Shown: positions 1 to 11,100 of the stretch, one piece after another | How the letters are laid out: each line of letters opens with the position of its first letter | How positions within the stretch are numbered: the stretch's first letter is position 1 | Source: Mobula hypostoma | Lineage: Eukaryota | Assembly (NCBI RefSeq): GCF_963921235.1 | Contig: NC_086097.1 | Location: 104,038,001-104,102,000 of the forward strand | Direction of reading: 5' to 3' | DNA: 64,000 bases | Made by a program: the position numbers and the translations under genes | The notes under the pieces: generated by a model | Told to the model about the DNA's origin: nothing | The model's database searches: none | What the model saw: only the letters and a program-made list of their open reading frames with translations

Positions 1-400
1 AATGATAACATTGCATTTGCCTTCCTTATAACTGACTCAAACTGCAATTAAACTTTTAAGGAATCCTGCACAAGGTCTCTCAAGTCCATTTGCACCTCTG
101 ATTTCTGAATTTGCTTCCCATTTAGAAAATAATCTATGTCTTTATTCCTTCTACCAAACTGCATGACCAACAATCCCTGCACTATATTCCATCTGCCACT
201 TCTTTACTCATTCTCCTAATCTGTCTAAATCCTTCTGCAGACTGCTTGCTTCCTCAACACTGCCTGCCCCTCCACCTATCTTTGTATCATCTGCAAACTT
301 GGCCACAAAACCAGCTATTCCATCATCCAAATCATTGACATAAAACATGAAAAGAAGCAGTCCAAGCACCAACTCCTGTGGAATGCCACTCGTCATGGGC
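1..400 (-). mobile_element. CR1-type LINE ORF2 (reverse transcriptase) fragment, degenerate
   Basis: The minus ORF reads TSGIPQ..VLG.LLF..YVNDLDDG...[10 protein letters not shown], the CR1 RT core. It matches the other CR1 copies in the window. Confidence 0.9.
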
Positions 401-779
401 AGCATCCTAATCTGCAGAGAGGGTGGAGGAAGGGGCTGACCTGGAATAGGCTGATAATAAAGTCATTTGGTCAGTAAGTTGAATGGGAGGAATTAAAGAA
501 GTTTCACTCATTAATATCAAACAGCGTGGTATCATAATGATCCTAATGGCTAAATATACAAATACTGTAGGAAGCAATACAAAAATATTTGCACTTCTAA
601 ATTTAACAAGTCTAAAAATGAAAGACCAGGCTGAAGGTATCTCTGGCATGCCAATGCTCACAAGAGAAGCTGAGATGTGGGCCAGGCAAGCTAGAGTCAA
701 CCCAGCTCTCTTTGGGTCTTCTTGTACAAATCAGAGCAGAAACAAAAACCATAGTCCAAACCCTGAAGGATAATTGTGA

Positions 780-935
780 GTGGTACAAGCAGGTACAACT
801 ACAATGTTTGAAAGACATTTTAGACAGAAACATGGAGAGGAAAGGTTTGGAGGGAAATGCAGGCAAGTGGGGCTAGCTCAGGTCAGCACAGATGAATTGG
901 GCTGAAGGGCCTGCTTCTGGGCTGCATGGCCCTTG
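780..935 (+). mobile_element. Degenerate CR1 3' end
   Basis: Resembles the 3' ends of the CR1 copies at 49000-49200 and 61700-61905 (…GGGCTGAAGGGCCTGCTTCT…). Confidence 0.6.
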
Positions 936-994
936 TAGGTCCTTGACATTGACCTTATGGCAACATTCTTGTGTTTGGAGGTAAGAGTTGATAA

Positions 995-1657
995 TTAGAT
1001 TAGATTAGATTAGATTATGAGGACACACAGTCCTCTTTTATTGTCATTTAGTAATGCATGCATTAAGAAATGATACAATATTTTTCCAGAATGATATCAC
1101 AGAAACACATGACAAACTGACTTAAAAACTGACAAAAAGCACATAATTATAATGTAGTTACAACAGTGCAAAGCAATACCATAATTTGATTAAGAACAGA
1201 CCATGGCACAGTAAAAGTCTCAAAGTCTCTCGAAAGTCCCATCATCTCACGCAGACGGTGAGCCTCCAGCGCCGCAAACTTGCCGATGCAGCATCCTGGA
1301 AGCATCCAACCACAGTCCAACTCCGAGTCCGTCCAAAAACTCCGAGCCTCCGACCAGCTCTCCAACACCGAGCACCGAGCACCAAGCACCATCTCTGCCG
1401 AGTGCTTCGACCCCGCCCCGGCTACAGGCAGTAGGCAAAGCCGAGGATTTGGGGCCTTCCCCTCCGGAGATTCTCGATCGCACAGTAGCAGCGGCAGCGA
1501 AGCAGGCATTTCAGAAGTTTCTCCAGGTGTTCCTCCGCTCTTCTCACAGCTGTCTCCATCAAATCAGGATTGTGCACGGCACCCCGAGTTAACACATATC
1601 GATATCAATTCGGAACGGCCGCGTGCGCTGTGTCGCACCACCATCTTCTCCTCCCTC
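995..1657 (-). mobile_element. Non-autonomous SINE-like retroelement with Rex/L2-type ends and a (TCTAA)n tail
   Basis: A (TTAGA)n run at ~995-1017 is the minus-strand tail. A terminal hairpin GAGGAC-acaca-GTCCTC lies at 1019-1035, with TGACAATAAA just 5' of it on the minus strand. The body is CpG-rich, the 5' end has an AAGATGG motif, and there is no RT ORF. Confidence 0.55.
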
Positions 1658-1689
1658 CTATTTCTACTCTAATAGAATGGAGTAGGCGT

Positions 1690-2340
1690 CACCAGGAACA
1701 GGTGACGTACATAGCTTTATGGTTCCTCACGTGGATGATGGGTGATAACATTTAATAAAGGCCACTTCTTGAACTGGGATGTTGTCTTGACATCTAGTCT
1801 CTCAGGAAAAAAAACAGGATTTTCATAACAAGGCCATACTTTGAGCATGTTGTCACTGATAAAATCTCTTCCTTTGCCAACCATGCCTTGCCAGAAAGTT
1901 TAGTATCTTCTTGCCTTGGCATTGAAGGGGTCTAGGAAGATCACCTTGTCTCCCATTGGGACACACACTAGTGCCTTGCTCAAGAGAGGAACAGAAGACC
2001 TCCTCATCTCATTCAAAGCTTTTGGGGTTGGGGTGTGTGTACTGGTTATGTATTAAAGCTTCATAAGACGTTCTTTAATTCTGCAGAGGAGATCACTGAG
2101 AGGCAGGCTACTCACATATTGGGTAGATGCACTTTAGGAAAGGGTGCAACTATTACCTTTACGCTAGCTACCTCCAGTATCTCTCAGTGTGATGACATCA
2201 ACATCAAAGCACTGGAGTTTGCAAGTTAGGGTAGTAGAATGATATTTAGATTTGGCACTGCTGGGATTGTCCATGAGGGCTCCAATGTTGCAGATCCTGA
2301 ACTTTATACTGTGAAGTGGGAGTTGCTTGTGTTTGGTTTC
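1690..2340 (-). mobile_element. Old RTE-clade LINE endonuclease fragment (pseudogenised)
   Basis: The minus translation KFRICNIGALMDNPS…FDVDVITLRDT resembles the RTE APE N-terminus (TWNVRTL…DIDIAALSET). Further degenerate APE motifs extend toward 1750. Confidence 0.6.
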
Positions 2341-2390
2341 ATTAGCATGAAGTACATGTTGCAGACCAGGCTCTGCTATATGGTACCAAC

Positions 2391-2856
2391 TTCTTCTTCT
2401 TCTTCTTGCGCCCTTAACTCCTGGTGGAGTCGTCGGGGGTGTCGTCATGACGAGCTTTGCACCAGTTTGGTGTGCTCATCATGTGGTGTGTCTTGCGCAT
2501 CTGAAACTTGGTGGAGTCCATCCCTCTCCAGGTTTGATCACAGCCGGTTTCCTCCAACTAGGTGGCTCGCCTTGGTCGTGAACACGTGGCCGTTATAGTT
2601 CATCTGAGAACCTTTCCATCCCGGCCGGTGACTTCATCATGGAAGTCATTCACCCAGTGGTGCCGTGTTAACACCACCCCCTCACGTGGTTTAGCCCACC
2701 AGATGATGCGGTTTACCGGGGGTATGGCGCTTGGAGCCAACACGTGAGAGATTTAGGAGATGGATAAGGACCAGTGATGCCCGTCCACCCTGTCTGGTAG
2801 GGAGCAGCATGCCAGACATCAAAGGTACCACCTCTATCCAGAGCCCCCGATATCCC
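2391..2856 (-). mobile_element. 466-bp non-autonomous RTE-type retroelement (ribozyme head, RTE-like 3' end, (GAA)n tail)
   Basis: An 11-bp TSD ATGGTACCAAC is present at 2380-2390 and 2857-2867. (TTC)n at 2391-2408 is the (GAA)n tail. The element is CpG-rich and has no long ORF. Confidence 0.85.
2679..2856 (-). ncRNA. HDV-like self-cleaving ribozyme (predicted)
   Basis: Manual fold gives P1 GGGAUAU/AUACCCC, P2 CUCUCACGUGUU/ACCACGUGAGGG, P3 GGC/GCC, L3 UCCAAGC, P1.1 CC/GG, P4 CCGC/GUGG and J4/2 GCUAA with the catalytic-position C at 2694. All elements are in canonical order. Confidence 0.75.
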
Positions 2857-3159
2857 ATGGTACCAACAGTCACACATTAATGGGCATGTGCTGCTGCTCC
2901 TGGGTACATACACTCTACACTCTGTCTCTGAGACATACACACATATGGACTCAGGCACAGGGCCCCCTGCTCACTGCCCCCTCCTGGCTTGACCATATAA
3001 TAGTCTTGTCCCAGGCACAGAGCAAACTGTGTTCCTGGTACCCAGCTCCAGCCCTTTGACAACACTCTCTTCATGTTTTCCAAGTGCATGCGAAGAGGAT
3101 GAACAGGAACACAGATGCTACTTCTATGGGAGCAGATGGAATTCCTCTGGCCCTTCACT

Positions 3160-3900
3160 TTGTTATGGACTATCTGGACAACAGGAACAAATATTATAAA
3201 TCAGGCTGTAGTTTATCACCTACAACTTGGCGTGCAACACAGTCATCCCATGCAAACTGATCATCAAGCTCTGAACCTCCCTCTGCAATTGTATTCTTGA
3301 CTTCCTCATTGGCAGACCTCAACCAGTAACGTTTGGGAACAACAGCTTCTCCTCCCTGAACACCATCACTGGAGTACCTCCAACACTGTGTGCTTAGCCC
3401 CTTGTTTTACTCTTGATAGACACAATAATGTGAATGAGAACAGCTCCAAGGCTTCAGGAATGGGAAAGAGGGTTAACATACACCAATCAGCAGCAGCAGC
3501 TATGAAAACCTGAGTGTTAATAAAATCGAATGAACAGTCCTGAACACTGCACATAGATGCAATCACAGGAAAGGTGTTCCAACATCTTTAGTTTCTTCGG
3601 AGATATGAGAAGGTTCGACATGACACCGAACACTCTAATAAACTTCTTGAGGCGTGCTGCTGACAGTATACTGACTGATTTCATCATGGTCTGGCGTGAC
3701 CAAAGAAACTGCAGAGAGTAGTGACTCAGACCAATACATCACAGGCTCACGAAAGCAGCATCTATCATCAAAGATTCCCATCATCCAGGTCCTGCCATCT
3801 TGTAGTTAACACAAGGTAAGATGCACTGAAGCATGAAGTCCCATACGGCCAGGTTCAAGGACAACTACTTGCTTCCAACCAGCACATCCCTAATCACTAC
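3160..3900 (+). mobile_element. Degenerate Rex-Babar LINE RT/3' fragment
   Basis: 3270-3400 translates as SLCN.ILDFLIGRPQ.V..GNN.FSSLN..TG.P..CVLSP, which is Rex1/Babar-like RT. Confidence 0.7.
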
Positions 3901-3917
3901 ATCTGAGAAACAGTGTG

Positions 3918-4953
3918 ATAATAGACGATAGGCAATAGGTGCAGGAGTAGGCCATTCGGCCCTTCGAGCCAGCACCACCATTCACTGTGATCATGGCTGA
4001 TCATCCACAACCAGTACCCTGTTCCTGCCTTCTCCCCATATCCTTTGACTCTGTTAACTTTAAGAGCTCTTTCTTGAGACAATCCAGAGAATTGGCCTCC
4101 ACTGCCTTCTGAGGCAGAGCATTCCACAGATCCACAACCCTCTGTGTGAAAAAGTTTTTCCTCAACTGCGTTCTAAATGGTCTACTCCTTATTCTTAAAC
4201 TGTGGCTTCTGGTTCCAGACTCCCCCAACATCGGGAACATGTTTCCTGCCTCTAGCGTGTCCAATCCCTTAATAATCTTATATGTTTTAATCAGATCCCC
4301 TCTCATCCTTCTAAATTCCAGTGTTATCAAGCCCAGTCGCTCCAATCTTTCAACATATGACATTCCCGCCATCCCTGGAATTAACCCAGTGAACCTACGC
4401 TGCACTCCCTCCATAGCAAGAATGTCCTTCCTCAAATTTGGAGACCAAAACTGCACACAGTACTCCAGGTGGGGTCTCACCAGGGCCTTGTACAACTGCA
4501 GAAGGACCTCTTTGCTCCTAGACTCAACTCCCCTTGTTATGAAGGCCAGCATACCATTAGCTTTCTTCACTGCATGCTTACTCTCAGTGACTGATGAACA
4601 AGGACACCTAGATCTCGTTGTACTTCCCCTTTTTCTAACTTGACACCATTCAGATAGTCATCTGCCTTCCTGTTCTTGCCACCAAAGTGGACAACTTCAC
4701 ATTTATCCACATTAAACTGCATCTGCCATGTATCTGCCCATTCACCCAATCTGTCCAAGTCACCCTGCATTCTCATAACATCCTCCTCACATTTCACACT
4801 GCCACCCAGCTCTGTGTCATCTGCAAATTTGCTAATGTTACTTTTAATCCCTTCATCTAAATCATTAATGTATGTTGTAAATAGCTGCGGTCCCAGCACC
4901 GAGCCTTGCGGTACCCCACTAGTCACTGCCTGCCATTCCGAAAAGGTCCTGTT
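3918..4953 (-). mobile_element. 5'-truncated CR1 LINE (RT C-terminus and 3' UTR)
   Basis: ORFs 4567..4926 ([15 protein letters not shown]…FADDT) and 4001..4570 (LYKALVRPHLEYCVQFWSP…RRMRGDLI…FFTQRVV). A short-repeat tail lies at ~3918-3940. Confidence 0.95.
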
Positions 4954-5019
4954 ACGGTGTCGCAGGGTGTAGGGGGGCTGTAAATGGTGTTGCAGGGTGC
5001 AGGGGAAATGTGACTGGTG
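4954..5019 (+). repeat. About two diverged orphan units of the 30-bp satellite
   Basis: ACGGTGTCGCAGGGTGTAGGGGGGCTGTAAATGGTGTTGCAGGGTGCAGGGGAAATGTGACTGGTG. Confidence 0.9.
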
Positions 5020-5193
5020 CCCCGTATTGCCTTTTTAGTTATCTTCTGTTGCTCCTTAAAAGTCAACCAATCCTCTGGCTTCTCGCTCATCCTTGCGATG
5101 TTATATTTCCCCTCTTTTATTTTTATACTATCCTTGAATTCCCTTGTCATCCACAGTCGCACCTTACTCCCCTTAGAACCTTTCTGCCTCTTT
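5020..5193 (-). mobile_element. Internal CR1 ORF2 fragment embedded in the satellite edge
   Basis: WMTREFKDSIKIKE…KPEDWLTFKEQQKITKKAIR matches PWLTREIRDSINSKE…PKDWEKFRVQQRRTKGLIR of the CR1 at 56940-57080. Confidence 0.9.
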
Positions 5194-8100
5194 GAAATGT
5201 GACTGGTGTGGCAGGGTGTAGGGGAAATGTGACTGGTGTGGCAGGGTGTAGGGGTGATGTGACTGGTGTGGCAGGGTGTAGGGGAGATGTGACTGGTGTG
5301 GCAGGGTGTAGGGGTGATGTGACTGGTGTGGCAGGGTGTGGGGGTGATGTGACTGGTGTGGCAGGGTGTAGGGGTGATGTGACTGGTGTGGCAGGGTGTA
5401 GGGGAGATGTGACTGGTGTGGCAGGGTGTAGGGGTGATGTGACTGGTGTGGCAGGGTGTAGGGGTGATGTGACTGGTGTGGCAGGGTGTAGGGGAGATGT
5501 GACTGGTGTGGTAGGGTGTAGGGGAAATGTGACTGGTGTGGCAGGGTGTAGGGGTGATGTGACTGGTGTGGCAGGGTGTGGGGGTGATGTGACTGGTGTG
5601 GCAGGGTGTAGGGGTGATGTGACTGGTGTGGCAGGGTGTGGGGGTGATGTGACTGGTGTGGCAGGGTGAAGGGGTGATGTGACTGGTGTGGTAGGGTGTA
5701 GGGGAGGTGTAAACGGTATGGCAGGGTGTAGAGGAGGTATAAATGCTGTGGCAGGGTGTAGGGGAAGTGTAAACAGTGTGGCAGGGTGTAGGAGAGGTGT
5801 AAACATTGTGGCAGAGTGTATGGTGGGTGTAAACATTCTGGCAGGGCGTAGGAGAGGTGTAAATGGTGCGGCAGGGTGTGGGGGAGACGTGACAGGTGTA
5901 GCAGGGTGCAGGGGAAGTGTAAACAGTGTGTCAGCATGCAGGGGAGGTGTAAACAGTGTGTCAGCATGTAGGGGAGGTGTAAACAGTGTGGCAGGGTGTA
6001 GGGGAAGTGTAAACAGTGTGTCAGCATGTAGGGGAGGTGTAAATGGTGTGGCAGGGTGTAGGGGAGGTGGGGACTGGTGTGGCAGGGTGTAAATTAAGTG
6101 TAAACATTGTGGCAGGGTGTAGGGGAAGTGCAAATGGTGTGGCAGGATGTAGGGGAGTTGTAAAGTGTGTGGCAGGGTGTAGGGGAAATGTGACTGGTGT
6201 GGCAGGGTGTAGGGAAAGTGTAAACGGAGATTCAAGGTGTAGGGGACGTGAAATGGTGTGGCAGGGTGCAGGGGAGGTGCAAACAGTGTGTCAGCATGTA
6301 GGGGAGGTGTACACTGTGTTGCGGGTTTAGGGGAAATGTAAACAGTGCAGCAGTGTGTAAAGGAGGTGGGGACTGGTGTGGCAGGGTGTTGGGGAGGTTT
6401 AAACATTGTGGAAGGGTGCAGGGGAGGTGTGACTGGTGTGGCAGGGTGTCGGGGAAGTGTAAACAGTGTGGCAGGGTGTAGGGGAGGTATAAACTGTGTG
6501 GCAGGGTGTAGGAGAGTTGTAAACTGTGTGGCAAGGGTAGGTGAGGTGGGACTGGTGTGGCAGGGTGTAGGGGATGTGTAAACGGAGTGGCAGGGTGTAG
6601 GGGAGGTGTAAATGTTGTGACAGGGTGCAGGGGAATTCTAAACGGTGTGGCAGGGTGTAGGAGAGTTGTAAACGGTGTGGGAGCATGTAAGGGAGGTGTG
6701 ACTTTCGTGGCAGGGTGCAGTGGAGGTGTAAACAGTGTAGCAGGGTGCAGGGGAGATGTGACTGGTGTGGCAGGGTGTAGGGGAGGTGTGACTGGTGTGG
6801 CAGGGTGCATAGGAGGTGTAATTGGTGTGGCAAGGTGTAGTGGAAGTGTAAACGGTGTGGCAGGGTGTGGTGGAGGTGTAAACATTGTTGAACTGTGTAG
6901 GGGATGTGTGACTTGTGTGGCAGGGTGTAGGTGAGGTATAAACGGTGTGGCAGGGTGCAGGGGAAATGTAAACATTGTGGCAGGGTGTAGGGGAAGTGTA
7001 AACGTTGTGGCAGGGTGTAGCGGATGTGTAAATGTTGTGGCAGGGTGTAGGGGAAGTGTAAACATTGTGGCAGGGTGTAGGGGGGGTGTAAACGTTGTGG
7101 CAGGGTGCAGGGGATGTGTAAATGGTGTGGCAGAGTGCAGAGGAGGTGTAAACGGTGTGGCAGGGTGTAGGGGAGGTGTAAACATTGTGGCAGAGTGTAG
7201 GGGAGGTGTAAACTGTGTGGCAGGGTGTAGGGGAGGTGTAAACGTCGTGGCAGGGTGTAGGGGAAGTGTAAACGTTGTGGCAAGGTGTAGGGGAAGTGTA
7301 AACGTTGTGGCAGGGTGTAGGGGATGTGTAAACGGTGTGGCAGGGTGTAGGGGAAGTTTAAATGGTCTGGCAGGGTGTAGGGGAGGTGTAAATGGTGTGG
7401 CAGGTTTAGGGGAAGTGTAAACGTTGTGGCAGGGTGTAGGGGAGGTGTAAACGTCGTGGCAGGGTGTAGGGGAGGTGTAAATGGTCTGGCAGGGTGTAGG
7501 GGATGTGTGAACGGTGTGGCAGGGAGTAGGGGACGTGTAAACGTTGTGGCAGGGAGTAGGGGACGTGTAAACGTTGTGGCAGGGTGTATGGGAAGTGTAA
7601 ACATTGTGGCAGGGTGTAGGGGATGTGTAAACGGACTGGCAGGGTGTAGGGGAAGTGTAAACGTTGTGGCAGGGTGTAGGGGAAGTGTAAACGGTGTGGC
7701 AGGGTGTTGGGGAGGTGTAAACGTTGTGGCAGGGTGTAGGGGATGTGTAAACGTTGTGGCAGGGTGTAGGGGATGTGTAAATGTTGTGGCAGGGTGTAGG
7801 GGAGGTGTAAATGGTGTGGCAGGGTGCAGCGGAAGTGTAAATGTTGTGGTAGGGTGTAGGGGAGGTGTAAACATTGTGGCAGGGTGTAGGGGATGTGTAA
7901 ATGTTGTGGCAGGGTGTAGGGGACGTGTAAACGGTGTGGCAGGGTGTAGGGGAAGTGTAAACGGTGTGGCCGGGTGTAGGGGAAGTGTAAACGTTGTGGC
8001 AGGGTGTAGGGGATGCGTAAATGGTCTGGCAGGGTGTAGGGGAAGTGTAAACGGTGTGGCAGGGTGTAGGGGAAGTGTAAACGTTGTGGCAGGGTGTAGG

Positions 8101-11100
8101 GGATGCGTAAATGGTCTGGCAGGGTGTAGGGGAAGTGTAAACGTTGTGGCAGGGTGTAGGGGAAGTGTAAACGTTGTGACAGGGTGTAGGGGACGTGTAA
8201 ATTTTGTGGCAGGGTGTAGGGGAAGTGTAAACGTTGTGGCAGGGTGTAGGGGATGTGTAAACGGTGTGGCAGGGTGTAGGGGAATTGTAAATGTTGTGGC
8301 AGGGTGTAGGGGACGTGTAAACGGTGTGGCAGGGTGTAGGGGACGTGTAAACGGTGTGGCAGGGTGTAGGGGAAGTGTAAACATTGTGGCAGGGTGTAGG
8401 GGATGTGTAAACGGTCTGGCAGGGTGTAGGGGAAGGGTAAACGTTGTGGCAGGGTGTAGGGGACGTGTAAATGTTGTGGCAGGGTGTAGGGGAAGTGTAA
8501 ACGTTGTGGCAGGGTGTTGGGGACGTGTAAACATTGTGGCAGGGTGTAGGGGATGTGTAAACGGTGTGGCAGGGTGTAGGGGAAGTGTAAACGTTGTGGC
8601 AGGGTGTAGGGGAAGTGTAAACATTGTGGCAGGGTGTAGGGGACGTGTAAACGGTGTGGCAGGGTGTAGGGGAAGTGTAAACGTTGTGGCAGGGTGTAGG
8701 GGAAGTGTAAACAGTGTGGCAGGGTGTAGGGGATGTGTAAACGTTGTGGCAGGGTGTAGGGGAAGTGTAAACATTGTGGCAGGGTGTAGGGGATGTGTAA
8801 GTGGTCTGGCAGGGTGTAGGGGAAGTGTAAACGTTGTGGCAGGGTGTAGGGGACGTGTAAATGTTGTGGCAGGGTGTAGGGGAAGTGTAAACGTTGTGGC
8901 AGGGTGTTGGGGACGTGTAAACGTCGTGGCAGGGTGTTGGGGACGTGTAAACGGTGTGGCAGGGTGTAGGGGAGGTGTAAACATTGTGGCATAGTGTAGG
9001 GGAAGTGTAAACGGTGTGGCAGGGTGCAGGGGAAACTGTAAACAGTGTGGCAGGGTGTAGGGGAAGTGCAAATGGTGTAGCAGCGTGAAGGGGGAAGTGC
9101 AAACGGTGTGGCAGGGTGTAGGGGAAGTGGGGACTGGTGCGATGGGGTGTAGGGGAGGTGGGGACTGGTGTGGCACGGTGTAGGGGAGGTGGGGACTGGT
9201 GTGGCAGGGAGTAGGGGAGGTGTAAACTTTGTGGCATTGTTTAGGGTAAGTGTGAATTGTGTGGCAGAGTGTAAGGAAGGAGCAAATGGTGTGGCAGGGT
9301 GTAGGGGAAGCGAAATCCGTGTGGCGGTGTGTAGTGGAGGTGTAAACAGTGTGGCAGGGGATAGGGAAAATGTGATTGGTGTGGCGGTGTGTAGTGGAGG
9401 TGTAAACGGTGTGGCAGGTTATAGGGGAAATGTGACTGGTGTGGCAGGGTGTAGGGGAAGTGTAAACAGTGTGGCAGGGTGTAGGGGAGGTATAAACTGT
9501 GTGGCAGGGTGTAGGAGAGGTGTAAACTGTGTGGCAAGGGTAGGTGAGGTGGGACTGGTGTGGCAGGGTGTAGGGGAAGTGTAAATGGAGTGGCAGGGTG
9601 TAGGGGAGGTGTAAATGTTGTGACAGGGTGCAGGGGAATTCTAAACGGTGTGGCAGGGTGTAGGAGAGTTGTAAACGGTGTGGGAGCGTGTAAGGGAGGT
9701 GCGACTTTCGTGGCAGGGTGCAGTGGAGGTGTAAACAGTGTAACAGGGTGCAGGGGAGATGTGACTGGTGTGGCAGGGTGTAGGGGAGGTGTGACTGGTG
9801 TGGCAGGGTGTAGTGGAAGTGTAAACGGTGTGGCAGGGTGTGGTGGAGGTGTAAACATTGTTGAACTGTGTAGGGGATGTGTGACTTGTGTGGCAGGGTG
9901 TAGGGGATGTGTAAACGGTGTGGCAGGGTGTAGGGGAAGTGTAAACGTTGTGGCAGGGTGTAGGGGAAGTGTAAACATTGTGGCAGGGTGTAGGGGACGT
10001 GTAAACGGTGTGGCAGGGTGTAGGGGAAGTGTAAACGTTGTGGCAGGGTGTAGGGGAAGTGTAAACAGTGTGGCAGGGTGTAGGGGATGTGTAAACGTTG
10101 TGGCAGGGTGTAGGGGAAGTGTAAACATTGTGGCAGGGTGTAGGGGATGTGTAAGTGGTCTGGCAGGGTGTAGGGGAAGTGTAAACGTTGTGGCAGGGTG
10201 TAGGGGACGTGTAAATGTTGTGGCAGGGTGTAGGGGAAGTGTAAACGTTGTGGCAGGGTGTTGGGGACGTGTAAACGTCGTGGCAGGGTGTTGGGGACGT
10301 GTAAACGGTGTGGCAGGGTGTAGGGGAGGTGTAAACATTGTGGCATGGTGTAGGGGAAGTGTAAACGGTGTGGCAGGGTGCAGGGGAAACTGTAAACAGT
10401 GTGGCAGGGTGTAGGGGAAGTGCAAATGGTGTAGCAGCGTGAAGGGGGAAGTGCAAACGGTGTGGCAGGGTGTAGGGGAAGTGGGGACTGGTGCGATGGG
10501 GTGTAGGGGAGGTGGGGACTGGTGTGGCACGGTGTAGGGGAGGTGGGGACTGGTGTGGCAGGGAGTAGGGGAGGTGTAAACTTTGTGGCATTGTTTAGGG
10601 TAAGTGTGAATTGTGTGGCAGAGTGTAAGGAAGGAGCAAATGGTGTGGCAGGGTGTAGGGGAAGCGAAATCCGTGTGGCGGTGTGTAGTGGAGGTGTAAA
10701 CAGTGTGGCAGGGGATAGGGAAAATGTGATTGGTGTGGCGGTGTGTAGTGGAGGTGTAAACGGTGTGGCAGGTTATAGGGGAAATGTGACTGGTGTGGCA
10801 GGGTGTAGGGGAAGTGTAAACAGTGTGGCAGGGTGTAGGGGAGGTATAAACTGTGTGGCAGGGTGTAGGAGAGTTGTAAACTGTGTGGCAAGGGTAGGTG
10901 AGGTGGGACTGGTGTGGCAGGGTGTAGGGGAAGTGTAAATGGAGTGGCAGGGTGTAGGGGAGGTGTAAATGTTGTGACAGGGTGCAGGGGAATTCTAAAC
11001 GGTGTGGCAGGGTGTAGGAGAGTTGTAAACGGTGTGGGAGGGTGTATGGGAGGTGGGACTTTTGTGGCAGGGTGCAGGGGAGGTGTAAACAGTGTAACAG

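Noticed and set aside
600..730. Candidate minus-strand exon in non-repeat sequence
   Set aside because: An acceptor-like tract is present, but there is no convincing donor or recognisable protein.
2713..2958. Protein-looking ORF (…CDCWYHG…)
   Set aside because: It crosses the TSD boundary into the ribozyme element, so it is a chance chimera.
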